DNA from: an uncultured Gammaproteobacteria bacterium
GTDB taxonomy: Bacteria; Patescibacteriota; Patescibacteriia; SBBC01; CAIJZX01
Direction of reading: 5' to 3'
DNA: 64,000 nt
Assembly: GCA_964518425.1 (NCBI GenBank)
Contig: CAZFGG010000003.1
Location: 9,634-73,633, forward strand
Positions within the stretch are counted from its first letter, which is position 1, and each line of letters begins with the position of its first letter. Shown piece by piece: positions 1-9,568 of this stretch. The translations under genes and the position numbers were made by a program. The notes under the pieces were generated by a model, which was not told the DNA's origin, searched no databases, and worked only from the letters and a program-made list of their open reading frames with translations.

Positions 1-71
1 TTAAAAGCCGCAACGTCATCGGCATCAAGTCCGGGAATACCTTTATCTGTTTTTGGTTTCGCTTTGGGCAT
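1..71 (-). CDS. N-terminal fragment of an unknown gene that continues beyond the window start (MPKAKPKTDKGIPGLDADDVAAF...)
   Basis: ATG at 71-69 on the minus strand; open frame with no stop to position 1; directly downstream of recO. Confidence 0.3.
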   Translation of the reverse strand, partial: MPKAKPKTDKGIPGLDADDVAAF

Positions 72-80
72 ACGACTAGT

Positions 81-854
81 CTACTCCGACGAACGGTGGA
101 CTGGCAACTCAACACGCATGACTGATCGCAAGACCCGTTCACTCCGGAGTGGCTGGTCGATCGTGTGGTGGATCATGGCTTCGATTATTTTGTGAAGGTG
201 GAGGAGCGCTGGCCGTTCCGACTGCGGCCACTGGCCAGTCCGCAGGAAGAGGAGATGATGATCATCGAGCATCAAGGCATCGACCGCCGCTTCACCACGA
301 TGCACAAATCCGTACGCTGGTTCGTAGGCCGCTAGACCTTCCAAGGGGCGGTGACATCGGCCGCAGACGTCCAGACTCGGTCGGAACCCCTCGTGAGCCA
401 AGAAGAGGCTGGCGCGTCGGAGTAAGAGTAGCCAGCGGCGACCGAGTGGCATAACGACTTCACTGGACATCTCCACCAAGCTTTGCCGGACAAGATCGTA
501 CAGTCCGGCGGTCGGTTGGGCTGGCTTGGTCATGACATCAACTAACTCGAGTAGCCACTGACTACTGACCGAAGCCACGAGGTCATCGTGGAGGACCGGA
601 AAGCGGTCAATGATGACGCTGCCGATGACCTGCTCAACCACGCGGCCGTCGGCCAGGCTGAGATCAACTTCTGTCATTGGCTCAAGCGAGCCAGCGAGCT
701 TCGAGGTGCTCTTCTTTGTCCCCCGGGCACGCACTCGTAATTGCCCGTGCTGTGGCGTCAGGACAGTTAATAATCGGTCGTGTTCACGATCGGTTGAGTG
801 ACGGAGAATAATGGCTTTGGTATGGATGACAGCCATCGAGTTACGAGAGTCCAA
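81..854 (-). CDS. recO: DNA repair protein RecO
   Basis: 257 aa; N-terminal OB-fold-like region and C-terminal CGRC zinc-finger-like motif typical of RecO; overlaps the ileS stop by 14 nt. Confidence 0.6.
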   Translation of the reverse strand: MDSRNSMAVIHTKAIILRHSTDREHDRLLTVLTPQHGQLRVRARGTKKSTSKLAGSLEPMTEVDLSLADGRVVEQVIGSVIIDRFPVLHDDLVASVSSQWLLELVDVMTKPAQPTAGLYDLVRQSLVEMSSEVVMPLGRRWLLLLRRASLFLAHEGFRPSLDVCGRCHRPLEGLAAYEPAYGFVHRGEAAVDALMLDDHHLLFLRTGQWPQSERPALLHLHKIIEAMIHHTIDQPLRSERVLRSVMRVELPVHRSSE

Positions 855-3800
855 TCGTTACTGGTCCATCAATATCGATCTGTGCTGTTTGCGTCGCCCC
901 GTCCACCGACGGCGTCACGGCTTTCGCCCGGACATCGCGTAAGAACGTTTGCGCGTAGACCTCAATGACCTTGGCGGCCATCGTCTTCGGTTCAACATGA
1001 GCGATAATCTCATCGGTCGGTTTCAGTCCGGCTGTTTTCCGCAAGGCGTTGAACTCGCGGATGAGATCGCGGAGCATACCTTCGGCCTTGAGTTCATCGG
1101 TAATGGTTGTATCAAGCGCCACATCCTCCCCCACTGCCCATTCATTTCCCGTCGGAAGTTTTTCAGTTAAGTGGATTTCTTTAACATTCAGCTCATCACG
1201 GATCACCGCATCCAGGTCTGGGCGGAGCTGTTCGGTCGTAACGACTTGCTGTAGTGGTTGGCGGACTTTCAACCCAGCTTTGGCTCGTAAACTATGTCCT
1301 TGTTCCACGACCCGACGGGCCAGGGCCATGTCGGCAACCAACCGTTCATGCATCTCCCCCACTTTGGGCCAATCTTCGAGATGGACCGATTCCATTTCAC
1401 CACCAACCAGGTGATACACATGGTCGGCGAGGAACGGCGTAAACGGCGCCATGAGTTTTGAGAGCTTCAAGAGTACGTGCTGCAGCATGGCGCTGGCCAA
1501 CGGCGCTTGGTCGCCCTTGAACCGATCGCGCGACCGCCGAACATACCACGTCGATAAATCAGTCACAAAGGCTCCGATGGCCCGGGCCGCACCAGTGATA
1601 TCATAGTGCTCAAGTCGTTCGGTCACGTCTTTTGTCAGCATGTTGACCATCGAGTGAATCCAACGGTCGAGTGGGTGCGTCGCCTGTTCCGGATCGGTGG
1701 TTGGACCTTGGTACAGTTGCCAGAAGCTGACGACGTTCATCAAGATGAGAAAAGTTTTTTTTACACCGTCATCAACAATTTTCGTGTCGAAATTTTTTGG
1801 ATCCCAGGGCTGATTCGTGGTGTACATGAACCAGCGCAAAGCGTCAGCCCCATGCTTGTCGAAGAGCTCATTCAAATCACCATAATTCTTGAGCGACTTC
1901 GATAGTTTGCGTCCTTTGGCATCGTTGAGGTGTCCGAGGACAACTACGTTTTCGTATGAGGCGTGCTTGACGACCTTGGACTTCTGCAGGAGCGTGCTGA
2001 TCGCTAAGAGCGTGTAGAACCAGCCACGCGTTTGGTCAATCGCTTCGGAAATATAGTTGGCCGGATAGGCTTTGCCCGCATCAATACTTTCCTTGTTCTC
2101 GAATGGATAATGGTATTGCGCGAACGGCATAGCACCCGAATCGAACCAAGCGTCCCCGACTTCCGGGATCCGTTTCATGGTCCCCTGGTGACATTTCTGA
2201 CAAAGCCATGTCACACCGTCAATATACGGCCGATGCGGATCAAAACTGCCGTCGAGTTGCAGCAGACCACCATGGAATTTCAGTTCTTCTGGTTGCCCAT
2301 ACGGCACGTCTTCGAACCGCGTGAGCGTCGGAATTGATTGAAGTGATGTCGCCCATTTTGTCACGAGGATCGGGTCAGCGTGCGTAACAATAACGAATGT
2401 CTTGCCTTCATGGTGAGTATCGAGATCAGACAAGAAACTGATCATCCGTCGGCGAATATCTTTCCACGTTTCTCCACCCGGCGGCGCATCGTCTAAACGC
2501 TTGGCGCGATCACCAAATTTCTCATGAAACTCTTCGATCGTTTTTTCTTCGTAGGCCGGGCCGATGTGGTATTCGTTGATGGCTGTTTCTTCAGTGACGG
2601 ACAGGCCAAGTACTTCCGCATAGATTTCAGCCGTCTCTTTGGCGCGCAAGAATTGTGAAGAGTAGAGCCCATCAACTGATTCTTTTTTCAGTTTTTCAGC
2701 ACCAGCCTTGGCTTCCGCCCGACCTGTGTCAGTCAACGGATATTTCTGGGTATTCGTCAATTCGGTATTCAGCTTGTGTTCAAGATTGAGATTCGACTCT
2801 CCATGCCGGACAAAGAAATACCTGTTGCGTGTCGGCAAATGATCCAATAACTCTTGGTATGAGCCAAGACATTCTTGATGGGCACAATCCTGATTATCAC
2901 ACTGCCAAATCGGCAGCGGTGTCCCCCAATACCGTTCACGCGAAATCGCCCAGTCTTTGACTTCGCGCAGCCATTCGCCAAACCGACCTTCTTTAATGTG
3001 ATTCGGGTACCATTTGATGCTCTCGTTATTCTTGATCAGATCATCACGAAGTTTCGACATCATGATGAACCACGTCATTTTGGCGTAGTACAACAATGGA
3101 TGTTTACACCGCCAGCAAAACGGGTAATCGTGTTTGTACTTCTCAACCTTATACAATTTCCCGTGTTCTTGTAGCCAAGCGATAATTTTTTGTTGCGTCT
3201 CCCCTGCTGGGTCTTTGACTTCTAATCCAGCCCAGGGTTTCACTAAATCATTAAACTTACCAGTAAGGTCGACCGTATGAACTTTCGGCAAGTCGAGTCG
3301 CTGGCCAAGCTTGAAGTCGTCTTCACCATACATCACAGCCGTGTGGACGATGCCTGTGCCGTCTTCGGTCGTGACGAAGTCTGCCTCGGCAATGTAATAG
3401 GCTTTCTTACCTGACTCTTTCGATAAATCAACGAAGTCGAAAAGTGGCCTGTATGCTTGCCCGAGAATTTTTTTGCCCGGAAAACTTTCGACAATTTCAT
3501 GATCACCATTAAGTTTGTGAAGCAACGCTTTGGCAATAATCACGAACTCATCTCCTGACTTAACTTTGATGTATTCAATATTCGGATCAATCGCTAAGGC
3601 GACATTCCCCGGTAATGTCCACGGTGTCGTTGTCCAGGCCAGAACAAAAGTTCCTGGTTCATCGATCAGTTCAAATTTGACGTAGACAGAATCTTCTTCA
3701 ATGTTCTGATATCCTTGCGCCACCTCGTGACTCGACAAGGCCGTGCCGCAGCGCGGACAATACGGCACCACCTTGTAATCCTGTTCCAGTAATTTCTTAT

Positions 3801-4329
3801 CCCAAATCTGCTTGTAGATCCACCACAAGCTCTCAATGTATTCCGGCTGGTAGGTAATGTAGGGATGGTCCGTGTCCAGCCAAAAACCAACGCGCTCAGT
3901 CATCTTTTCCCACAAGTCCTTATACTTCCATACGGATTCTTTGGCCTTGGCGTTGAATTTCTCGATCCCGTACTTCTCGATATCTTTCTTGCCGGAAATG
4001 CCTAAATCTTTTTCGACCTCTAATTCAACGGGCAACCCTTGGGTGTCCCAACCGGCTTTCCGTTCAACGTGAAATCCCTGCATGGTTTTGAACCGCGGGA
4101 TAATGTCCTTGAAGGCCCGGGTTTCAACGTGACCAATGTGCGGAATACCGTTGGCTGTCGGCGGTCCGTCATAAAACACAAAGTTGCCCTGGGGTGAGGA
4201 CTTGGCTAAGGTTTTCTTGAAAATGTCCTTAGCGGCCCAGTCCTTCAGGATCTCTTCTTCGAGTTCGGGGAATTTGGGGATGGGCATTAGGGCAATCGAT
4301 GAACGGTACTGATGGCGATGATTAGCCAA
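841..4329 (-). CDS. ileS: Isoleucyl-tRNA synthetase with an inserted histidine-phosphatase (PGAM-like) domain
   Basis: HIGH motif (PHIGHVETR), KMSKS motif (KLSKSL), WGTPLPIW and DAWFDSG editing/catalytic signatures; 1162 aa, about 200 aa longer than typical IleS. Confidence 0.9.
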   Translation of the reverse strand: MANHRHQYRSSIALMPIPKFPELEEEILKDWAAKDIFKKTLAKSSPQGNFVFYDGPPTANGIPHIGHVETRAFKDIIPRFKTMQGFHVERKAGWDTQGLPVELEVEKDLGISGKKDIEKYGIEKFNAKAKESVWKYKDLWEKMTERVGFWLDTDHPYITYQPEYIESLWWIYKQIWDKKLLEQDYKVVPYCPRCGTALSSHEVAQGYQNIEEDSVYVKFELIDEPGTFVLAWTTTPWTLPGNVALAIDPNIEYIKVKSGDEFVIIAKALLHKLNGDHEIVESFPGKKILGQAYRPLFDFVDLSKESGKKAYYIAEADFVTTEDGTGIVHTAVMYGEDDFKLGQRLDLPKVHTVDLTGKFNDLVKPWAGLEVKDPAGETQQKIIAWLQEHGKLYKVEKYKHDYPFCWRCKHPLLYYAKMTWFIMMSKLRDDLIKNNESIKWYPNHIKEGRFGEWLREVKDWAISRERYWGTPLPIWQCDNQDCAHQECLGSYQELLDHLPTRNRYFFVRHGESNLNLEHKLNTELTNTQKYPLTDTGRAEAKAGAEKLKKESVDGLYSSQFLRAKETAEIYAEVLGLSVTEETAINEYHIGPAYEEKTIEEFHEKFGDRAKRLDDAPPGGETWKDIRRRMISFLSDLDTHHEGKTFVIVTHADPILVTKWATSLQSIPTLTRFEDVPYGQPEELKFHGGLLQLDGSFDPHRPYIDGVTWLCQKCHQGTMKRIPEVGDAWFDSGAMPFAQYHYPFENKESIDAGKAYPANYISEAIDQTRGWFYTLLAISTLLQKSKVVKHASYENVVVLGHLNDAKGRKLSKSLKNYGDLNELFDKHGADALRWFMYTTNQPWDPKNFDTKIVDDGVKKTFLILMNVVSFWQLYQGPTTDPEQATHPLDRWIHSMVNMLTKDVTERLEHYDITGAARAIGAFVTDLSTWYVRRSRDRFKGDQAPLASAMLQHVLLKLSKLMAPFTPFLADHVYHLVGGEMESVHLEDWPKVGEMHERLVADMALARRVVEQGHSLRAKAGLKVRQPLQQVVTTEQLRPDLDAVIRDELNVKEIHLTEKLPTGNEWAVGEDVALDTTITDELKAEGMLRDLIREFNALRKTAGLKPTDEIIAHVEPKTMAAKVIEVYAQTFLRDVRAKAVTPSVDGATQTAQIDIDGPVTIGLS
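2217..2832 (-). other. Inserted histidine phosphatase / phosphoglycerate-mutase-like domain inside ileS (about aa 500-705)
   Basis: FFVRHGESNLN (RHG catalytic motif), LTDTGRAEAKAGAEKL, ETWKDIRRRM, IVTHADPI (second catalytic His). Lies between WGTPLPIW and DAWFDSG, where canonical IleS has only about 60 aa. Confidence 0.65.
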
Positions 4330-4628
4330 AGAGCGATCAGGCCAAGGAAAAATTTACCTATATTTCGGACTCGAGAACCCATCTTGGCAAATAACGATGT
4401 GATCAGAAAAATGGCGGCAATAACAGCCATGCTGGGGAAAATGAGGAAGGGCGACGTCCACGAGTCAAAAAAAATACTTTTCACGCCAGGCCGGTCAGCG
4501 ACTTGGGAAAAAGTTAGCTGGGCCACGACGACGGCCAGCATGAGCAGTACAGTCCATTTCCATCGTTCAACCGAAATGGCCCTTGTATTGTGCTTACCTT
4601 CTAGTTCTTTTTGAAGTGATGGTTCCAT
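4287..4628 (-). CDS. Small integral membrane protein (3 predicted TM helices), unknown function
   Basis: 113-aa ORF, hydrophobic segments; its 3' end overlaps the ileS start by 43 nt. Confidence 0.4.
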   Translation of the reverse strand: MEPSLQKELEGKHNTRAISVERWKWTVLLMLAVVVAQLTFSQVADRPGVKSIFFDSWTSPFLIFPSMAVIAAIFLITSLFAKMGSRVRNIGKFFLGLIALWLIIAISTVHRLP

Positions 4629-4770
4629 AAAAAATCAGCTTGTTGGCTGCTGTAGAATGGCGGGATAGGCGTGGTCATAAGATCGCGATATATCAGATCG
4701 CCAAACCAGTATATCGCACTCCGTGCCAAAGGTAAAGAAAAGCCCGACCATTATCGATCGGGCTCCGTAG

Positions 4771-5364
4771 TTAGCAGGGACTGGTTTTCCAGCCATTGCG
4801 ATGAGCCCAGCGAGATAGGGCCTGGTGAACGATGAAGTAGACAATGAGCAAGAAGAGGACTGCCAACCAACGGCCGGGAATGAAGTTCGTCATGAACCAT
4901 GTCGGACAGACGACCCAGGTCAGAACGAACCCGCCAGCGACGGCATCGAACTGGTCCCAGAAACGCCAGGGGTGGCCGCGCTCCCACCCGCCTCGGCGCT
5001 TGGCAAATGATTTGACCAAGTCACCGAGCAGCGCTCCAGCGGCCAGGGTCAGCATTGGCAGCCATCCGTCGAGGGGACCATCGATCCAGATATCACTGAG
5101 TGCTCTACTCCCAGGTCGAAAGGTCGCCCAACTGAGGAGGTGGGTCAACAGAACGGCAAAGGCTATTCCGTAGACCAGGCCCTGCCAGGTTTTTCCGTCA
5201 CCGAAGATGCGACGTCCGTCGAACCAGAGTCGCCTCCCATCAATCGGTTGGCCACCTCGACCAACGATGACCGGAAGCATATTCGCGCCAACGAGTGGGA
5301 CAGATAGCCAGAGTACCAGTCCAACGTCTTGAAAGAACACGTCGTGCCTCCGGTCCAAAGCCAA
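4771..5364 (-). CDS. CDP-archaeol synthase (CarS/DUF46) family membrane protein
   Basis: GGQPIDGRRLWFDGRRIFGDGKTWQG and GDLVKSFAKRRGGWERG match the CarS signature (PIDxGxxxxDGKRIxGDGKTWRG ... GDLxxSFIKRR.G.ERG). Confidence 0.7.
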   Translation of the reverse strand: MALDRRHDVFFQDVGLVLWLSVPLVGANMLPVIVGRGGQPIDGRRLWFDGRRIFGDGKTWQGLVYGIAFAVLLTHLLSWATFRPGSRALSDIWIDGPLDGWLPMLTLAAGALLGDLVKSFAKRRGGWERGHPWRFWDQFDAVAGGFVLTWVVCPTWFMTNFIPGRWLAVLFLLIVYFIVHQALSRWAHRNGWKTSPC

Positions 5365-5426
5365 GAAGGATGGAACAGCAACTCAACCGGGCTAATCTAA
5401 CGCCCAAGTAACGACTTGTCAATACT

Positions 5427-6572
5427 CTACCGATGCAATGCTCGATAGACTTTTATTGTGCGCCGAGCCGTTTTCTCCCAGGAAAATTGCTTGGCTCGTT
5501 TTTGCCCTTCGACTGATAATCGCTTGGCTATTTTTTCATCTGTCAGAACGGACTTCATGGCTTGGGCTAGCCCCTCAATGTCGTTCGGTTCAACCATCAA
5601 GGTGGCTTTGCCCGCTACTTCCGGAATTGACGCGGTTGAGGTGGTGATAACCGGTACGCCAATTTGCATCGCTTCAAGCACGGGCAGACCGAATCCTTCG
5701 TAGAGGGTTGGGGAAACGAAGGCAGCCGCGTGCTGCATTAAGAGAATTTTATGATTTCGCGAGACGTAGCCAATGTGTTTGACCGTTGAGGACAGGTTCA
5801 TTTTTTTGATCAAGGCTAAGATCGGTTCGCCACTAAAACCAATGCCGCCGGCTAAAACGAGCTGTGTATTTTTCACCGCTTCAGGTCGATGGATGAGCAA
5901 CCGTTTCCACGCTTCGAAGAGTACTTGTAGGTTTTTTCTCGGCTCAATCGTCCCAACGAAGAGGATATACCGTTTCGGAAGCTTGTAAAATTCCCGGACG
6001 TCATGGTCTTTGTCATGAAGATCGAGTAAAGCGGTATCAGCCGCTTCCGGAATGACCGTTATTTTTTTATCGGGGACATTGAAGAAATCTTGAATATCGC
6101 TTTTGGTCGCTTCAGAGACGGCGATAATGTGTTTCGCTCGCTTAATACTTTGCGGTACAAGGAGGCGCGTCGAGAACATTTGCGCTGGGAACCATTCCGG
6201 GTGTTTATAGATCGCTAGGTCGTGGATCGTAATGACGCTCCGCTTAGGGTAGGTCAAGGGAATTGTGTTGGCCGGGCCGTGGAAAAGATTGAGGCGGTGT
6301 TTCAATAAGGCAGCCGACACGAGCATGTGTGAATAAGCGAACGGTAAGAACCGGCTATAGCTCGAGAACGGGAAGAAGGCAATGTCCACATTCGCCTGAA
6401 CGAATTCCTGGGTCGCTTCGCGGGGCATGCGGTAATCGAAAAAGAGAACAAAAGAATTATCCTTGTCATGATCGAGTAGTGTTCGGACCAGGTGGTAGGT
6501 GTAGTGCCCGACGCCAGCTCGCTCCCCGGAATCCGGATTAAGAATAGTGCGGCAATCGATTCCGATTTTCAT
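5427..6572 (-). CDS. Glycosyltransferase family 4 (GT-B, retaining)
   Basis: 381 aa; EGFGLPVLEAMQIGVPVITT C-terminal GT1/GT4 motif. Confidence 0.8.
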   Translation of the reverse strand: MKIGIDCRTILNPDSGERAGVGHYTYHLVRTLLDHDKDNSFVLFFDYRMPREATQEFVQANVDIAFFPFSSYSRFLPFAYSHMLVSAALLKHRLNLFHGPANTIPLTYPKRSVITIHDLAIYKHPEWFPAQMFSTRLLVPQSIKRAKHIIAVSEATKSDIQDFFNVPDKKITVIPEAADTALLDLHDKDHDVREFYKLPKRYILFVGTIEPRKNLQVLFEAWKRLLIHRPEAVKNTQLVLAGGIGFSGEPILALIKKMNLSSTVKHIGYVSRNHKILLMQHAAAFVSPTLYEGFGLPVLEAMQIGVPVITTSTASIPEVAGKATLMVEPNDIEGLAQAMKSVLTDEKIAKRLSVEGQKRAKQFSWEKTARRTIKVYRALHR

Positions 6573-6811
6573 CGGGCCCGCAAACTGGCTACTTCACGAC
6601 GAATTCCATGCCATCCAAAAGCCACGAGCACCAGGCCCACGAAGAGATCAATGATTGGCGAGGCCGCGCGGAGCGTTGGCGCTGCGCCGAGACTGAGCGC
6701 CTGAGCTTGCCAGGCCGTCAGGATCAGCATGAAGAGACCAAACCCAAAGCCGCAACTAGCGGCGATGAATTGGAAATGAAGGTGTTTCATAGTCGATCTC
6801 CTTGTAGACAC
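6569..6811 (-). CDS. Small 2-TM membrane protein, unknown function
   Basis: 80-aa ORF, 4-nt overlap with the GT4 gene. Confidence 0.35.
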   Translation of the reverse strand: MSTRRSTMKHLHFQFIAASCGFGFGLFMLILTAWQAQALSLGAAPTLRAASPIIDLFVGLVLVAFGWHGIRREVASLRAR

Positions 6812-6827
6812 TATACACTCCTCATAA

Positions 6828-7727
6828 CTAAGCGCCAGTTCTTGAGGTATTCACTAGGGGGACCTCGATACGTCGGTGAACGGCCTCCCCAAACATCGCG
6901 CCTTCGCCGCTCATCCATACTTTTTCCGGCACCGCCTTGTAGATCCGCCGGGGATGCTCGCCGAGATAATTTTGGACATCGCCAGAAGTGGTGTTCTCGC
7001 GACCATAGTAGAAGAGCAAGGCCTGAGCGATTTCCCGCTCATCGGTTACTTCCTGGGCGCCCCCCTGGACATAGACACCCTCACCGGTGCCTTCTGTCGC
7101 CGTTGAATCGTACAGCACAAAAAATATTTTCGGGTTATGACGGATATTTCGGGAGTGTTGACTATCTCGATCCGATACCCAGTAAAAATTATACGCGCCG
7201 TCGTGGGCGGCGTAGACCGGGGAATTCCATGGCTGTTCCATTTCGTCGACCGTCGCGACAGTAATATAAATAACCTTCTCAATAATCTCTTTTGCTTTTT
7301 TTAACAATATGTCACCGCGGGGTACATCGACTAAGCCAGAGCGGCCCTGCACTCCGTCATCCTGACGGTCATCTTGAGAAGTGTAACTGTTCCTCGAGGT
7401 GTCATCGAGAAGTTTAAACTCGACGACCTTGATCATCGTTTCCATCGTCACCCGGTTGCCGTAGAAGTCACGATAGTGCTGGAGCATCTCAGCCATATCA
7501 CGGAACTTTTCGTGGCCAAGAAAATCCGGTTCGCTGATGGCCCCAAGTTGTTTCTCTTTGATATCAACAATTTCCGCTGTCGCGAAAACCTTACCGGTTT
7601 CCCACTCAATGAGTTCAAGGTGGTCGCCGACGGTCAGATTTTTGTCGTCAAATAACCGCCAGGTGACAGTTTTTTGTCCGTTCAGAATAAGTCGGGCCAG
7701 GTTAGTTCTAAACTTCAGCGTTTTCAT
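6828..7727 (-). CDS. ASCH domain fused to a pyridoxamine-5'-phosphate-oxidase-like (PNPOx/FMN-binding split-barrel) domain
   Basis: Likely start MKTLKF at 7727, 8 nt after the argS stop (the longer ORF to 7856 would overlap argS). N-terminal ASCH-like (ILNGQKTVTWRLFDD...ELIEWETG); C-terminal PNPOx-like (ITVATVDEMEQPWNSPVYAAHDGAYNFYWVSDRDSQHSRNIRHNPKIFFVLYDS). Confidence 0.55.
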   Translation of the reverse strand: MKTLKFRTNLARLILNGQKTVTWRLFDDKNLTVGDHLELIEWETGKVFATAEIVDIKEKQLGAISEPDFLGHEKFRDMAEMLQHYRDFYGNRVTMETMIKVVEFKLLDDTSRNSYTSQDDRQDDGVQGRSGLVDVPRGDILLKKAKEIIEKVIYITVATVDEMEQPWNSPVYAAHDGAYNFYWVSDRDSQHSRNIRHNPKIFFVLYDSTATEGTGEGVYVQGGAQEVTDEREIAQALLFYYGRENTTSGDVQNYLGEHPRRIYKAVPEKVWMSGEGAMFGEAVHRRIEVPLVNTSRTGA

Positions 7728-7735
7728 GGTCACAG

Positions 7736-9376
7736 TTACATTTTTTCCGGCGCCGACACGCCCATGAATCCTAATGTCTGAGCGAGAATACGTTTCGTCG
7801 TGATGACGAGGTCTAATCGGTGTTTCCAGACCTGTTCCTGATCGATCACCCGGCAATTGGTGTAAAATTCATGGAATTTCGTGGCTAGATCAACGGCGTA
7901 AAACGACAGTTTATGGACTTCATAGGTCCGCCCGATTTCTTCCACCAGTCGCGGAAAGTATAGCAGTGATTTCACTAAATTCAACTCCGACGTGTGCGGG
8001 TGTTCTGGGCTGGCGACGACTGGCAGCTTCTTGGTCTTGGCCAGGATACTGGCAATACGGGCGTGGGCATACTGGACATAGTAGACCGGGTTTTTGTCAG
8101 ATTTTTCTTTGGCCAGAGTCAAATCAAAATCCATGTGGGTATTGGCGCTATGCATCAGGAAAAAGAAGCGCGCCACATCGAGGCCGACCTCATCAACGAG
8201 TTCTTCGAGCGCGACGTACGTTCCGGCTCGCTTTGACATTTTCACTTCCTGACCATCTTTCATTAAGCGCACGAGTTGGACGATTTGGGCTTCGAGTTTA
8301 TGGGCAAAACCTAAGGCGGCCATGGCCGCTGTTAAGCGCGGGACATATCCGTGATGATCGGCGCCTAAAAAAATAATTTCACGGCTGACACCCCGTTCGA
8401 CGAAGCGATTATACCGTAACGCGATGTCCGATAAGAAGTAGGTTTTCTCGCCATCCGCTTTGATCAGCACACGATCCTTGTCGTCACCGAAGGCCGTCGT
8501 CCGAAACCAGATCGCCTTATCTTTCTCGTAGACTAAGTCATGATTACGGAGGAGTTGTAATACTTTCTGATCGAGCTTTTTGGCTTGCAACGTGCTTTCC
8601 CGGAACCAGGTATTGAACTTTACGCCGAGCTTCTTCGTCACGACGCGTTGCAGCTCGGCAATCATCAGGTTGAGGACGCGGCCTTTAATTTTTTCCCGCA
8701 AGGCCGCAACGTTACCAACCTTGTACATGTGGAGCTTCAATTTTTTGGCCAATTCACCGACATAGTCGCCCTGGTACAGGTTCTCCGGATAGTCCGTGGC
8801 AACCCCTTGTTGTTGCCAGTATCGTCGCAACACTGACTCAGCTAAAATGTTGACCTGATTGCCGACGTCATTCAAATAGTATTCTCGCCAAACCTTCCAG
8901 CCGTTCATGGCTAGAATATTCGATAGCGTGTCACCGGCGAAGGCACCACGACCATTTCCCAGGGTCATCGGGCCAGTTGGGTTAGCGGAAATGAATTCTA
9001 CCAGGACTTTTTTTTCTCCGCCGATTGTTGATCGGCCAAATTTCTTGTCAGCCAATATTTCTTTGACTTGTTTCATCAACCAGCTCGCCTTGAGCGTGAA
9101 GTTGATAAACCCCGGTCCGGCCATTTCTGCTTTCTCGAGTGTCGGGGCAAGATTCCCCAACTGGGCGATCAGATGCTGGGCCACATCACGCGGTTGTTCA
9201 TTGAGCTGCTTAGCGATTTTCAAGGCGACGGTTGAGGTGTAGTCGCCAAATTTCGGCTCGCTCGTCGGTTCAATCGGAATCTCAACCTCACCCGCCTTGG
9301 GGTAGGCCTTGGTGATGGCACGTTGGAGAAGTTTCCGGAGGTGCTGGTCAGGCAGGGTCATGAAAGAAGTATACAC
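7736..9376 (-). CDS. argS: Arginyl-tRNA synthetase
   Basis: 546 aa; class I motifs (ANPTGPMTLGNGRGA HIGH-like; MSKRAG KMSK-like); DALR anticodon-binding C-terminus. Confidence 0.9.
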   Translation of the reverse strand: MYTSFMTLPDQHLRKLLQRAITKAYPKAGEVEIPIEPTSEPKFGDYTSTVALKIAKQLNEQPRDVAQHLIAQLGNLAPTLEKAEMAGPGFINFTLKASWLMKQVKEILADKKFGRSTIGGEKKVLVEFISANPTGPMTLGNGRGAFAGDTLSNILAMNGWKVWREYYLNDVGNQVNILAESVLRRYWQQQGVATDYPENLYQGDYVGELAKKLKLHMYKVGNVAALREKIKGRVLNLMIAELQRVVTKKLGVKFNTWFRESTLQAKKLDQKVLQLLRNHDLVYEKDKAIWFRTTAFGDDKDRVLIKADGEKTYFLSDIALRYNRFVERGVSREIIFLGADHHGYVPRLTAAMAALGFAHKLEAQIVQLVRLMKDGQEVKMSKRAGTYVALEELVDEVGLDVARFFFLMHSANTHMDFDLTLAKEKSDKNPVYYVQYAHARIASILAKTKKLPVVASPEHPHTSELNLVKSLLYFPRLVEEIGRTYEVHKLSFYAVDLATKFHEFYTNCRVIDQEQVWKHRLDLVITTKRILAQTLGFMGVSAPEKM

Positions 9377-9568
9377 AAAAAAACCCTTGCCGTCCGCCGC
9401 TTACGGTTCGACGCCACCGCCCTCGGCAGACTATGGTCAGTGTCCCGCGCTGTCATCCCGAGCCCGTGCCGAAGGCGCGGGCAAGATTTGCCGCCAGGCA
9501 AAGATTGGCGTCGAGGGAACAGCGCGGGGCTCACCATGACAAGAATAAGACTATGCTACACTTTCCCC

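Noticed and set aside
6608-7264. 218-aa plus-strand ORF (Arg-rich)
   Set aside because: It overlaps the minus-strand small membrane protein and the ASCH-PNPOx gene. Its low-complexity Arg/Pro-rich translation is typical of a spurious frame.
7727-7856. Longer N-terminal extension of the ASCH-PNPOx ORF (start at 7856)
   Set aside because: It would overlap the 3' end of argS by 120 nt. The internal ATG at 7727 gives a compact arrangement, and the ASCH domain begins there.
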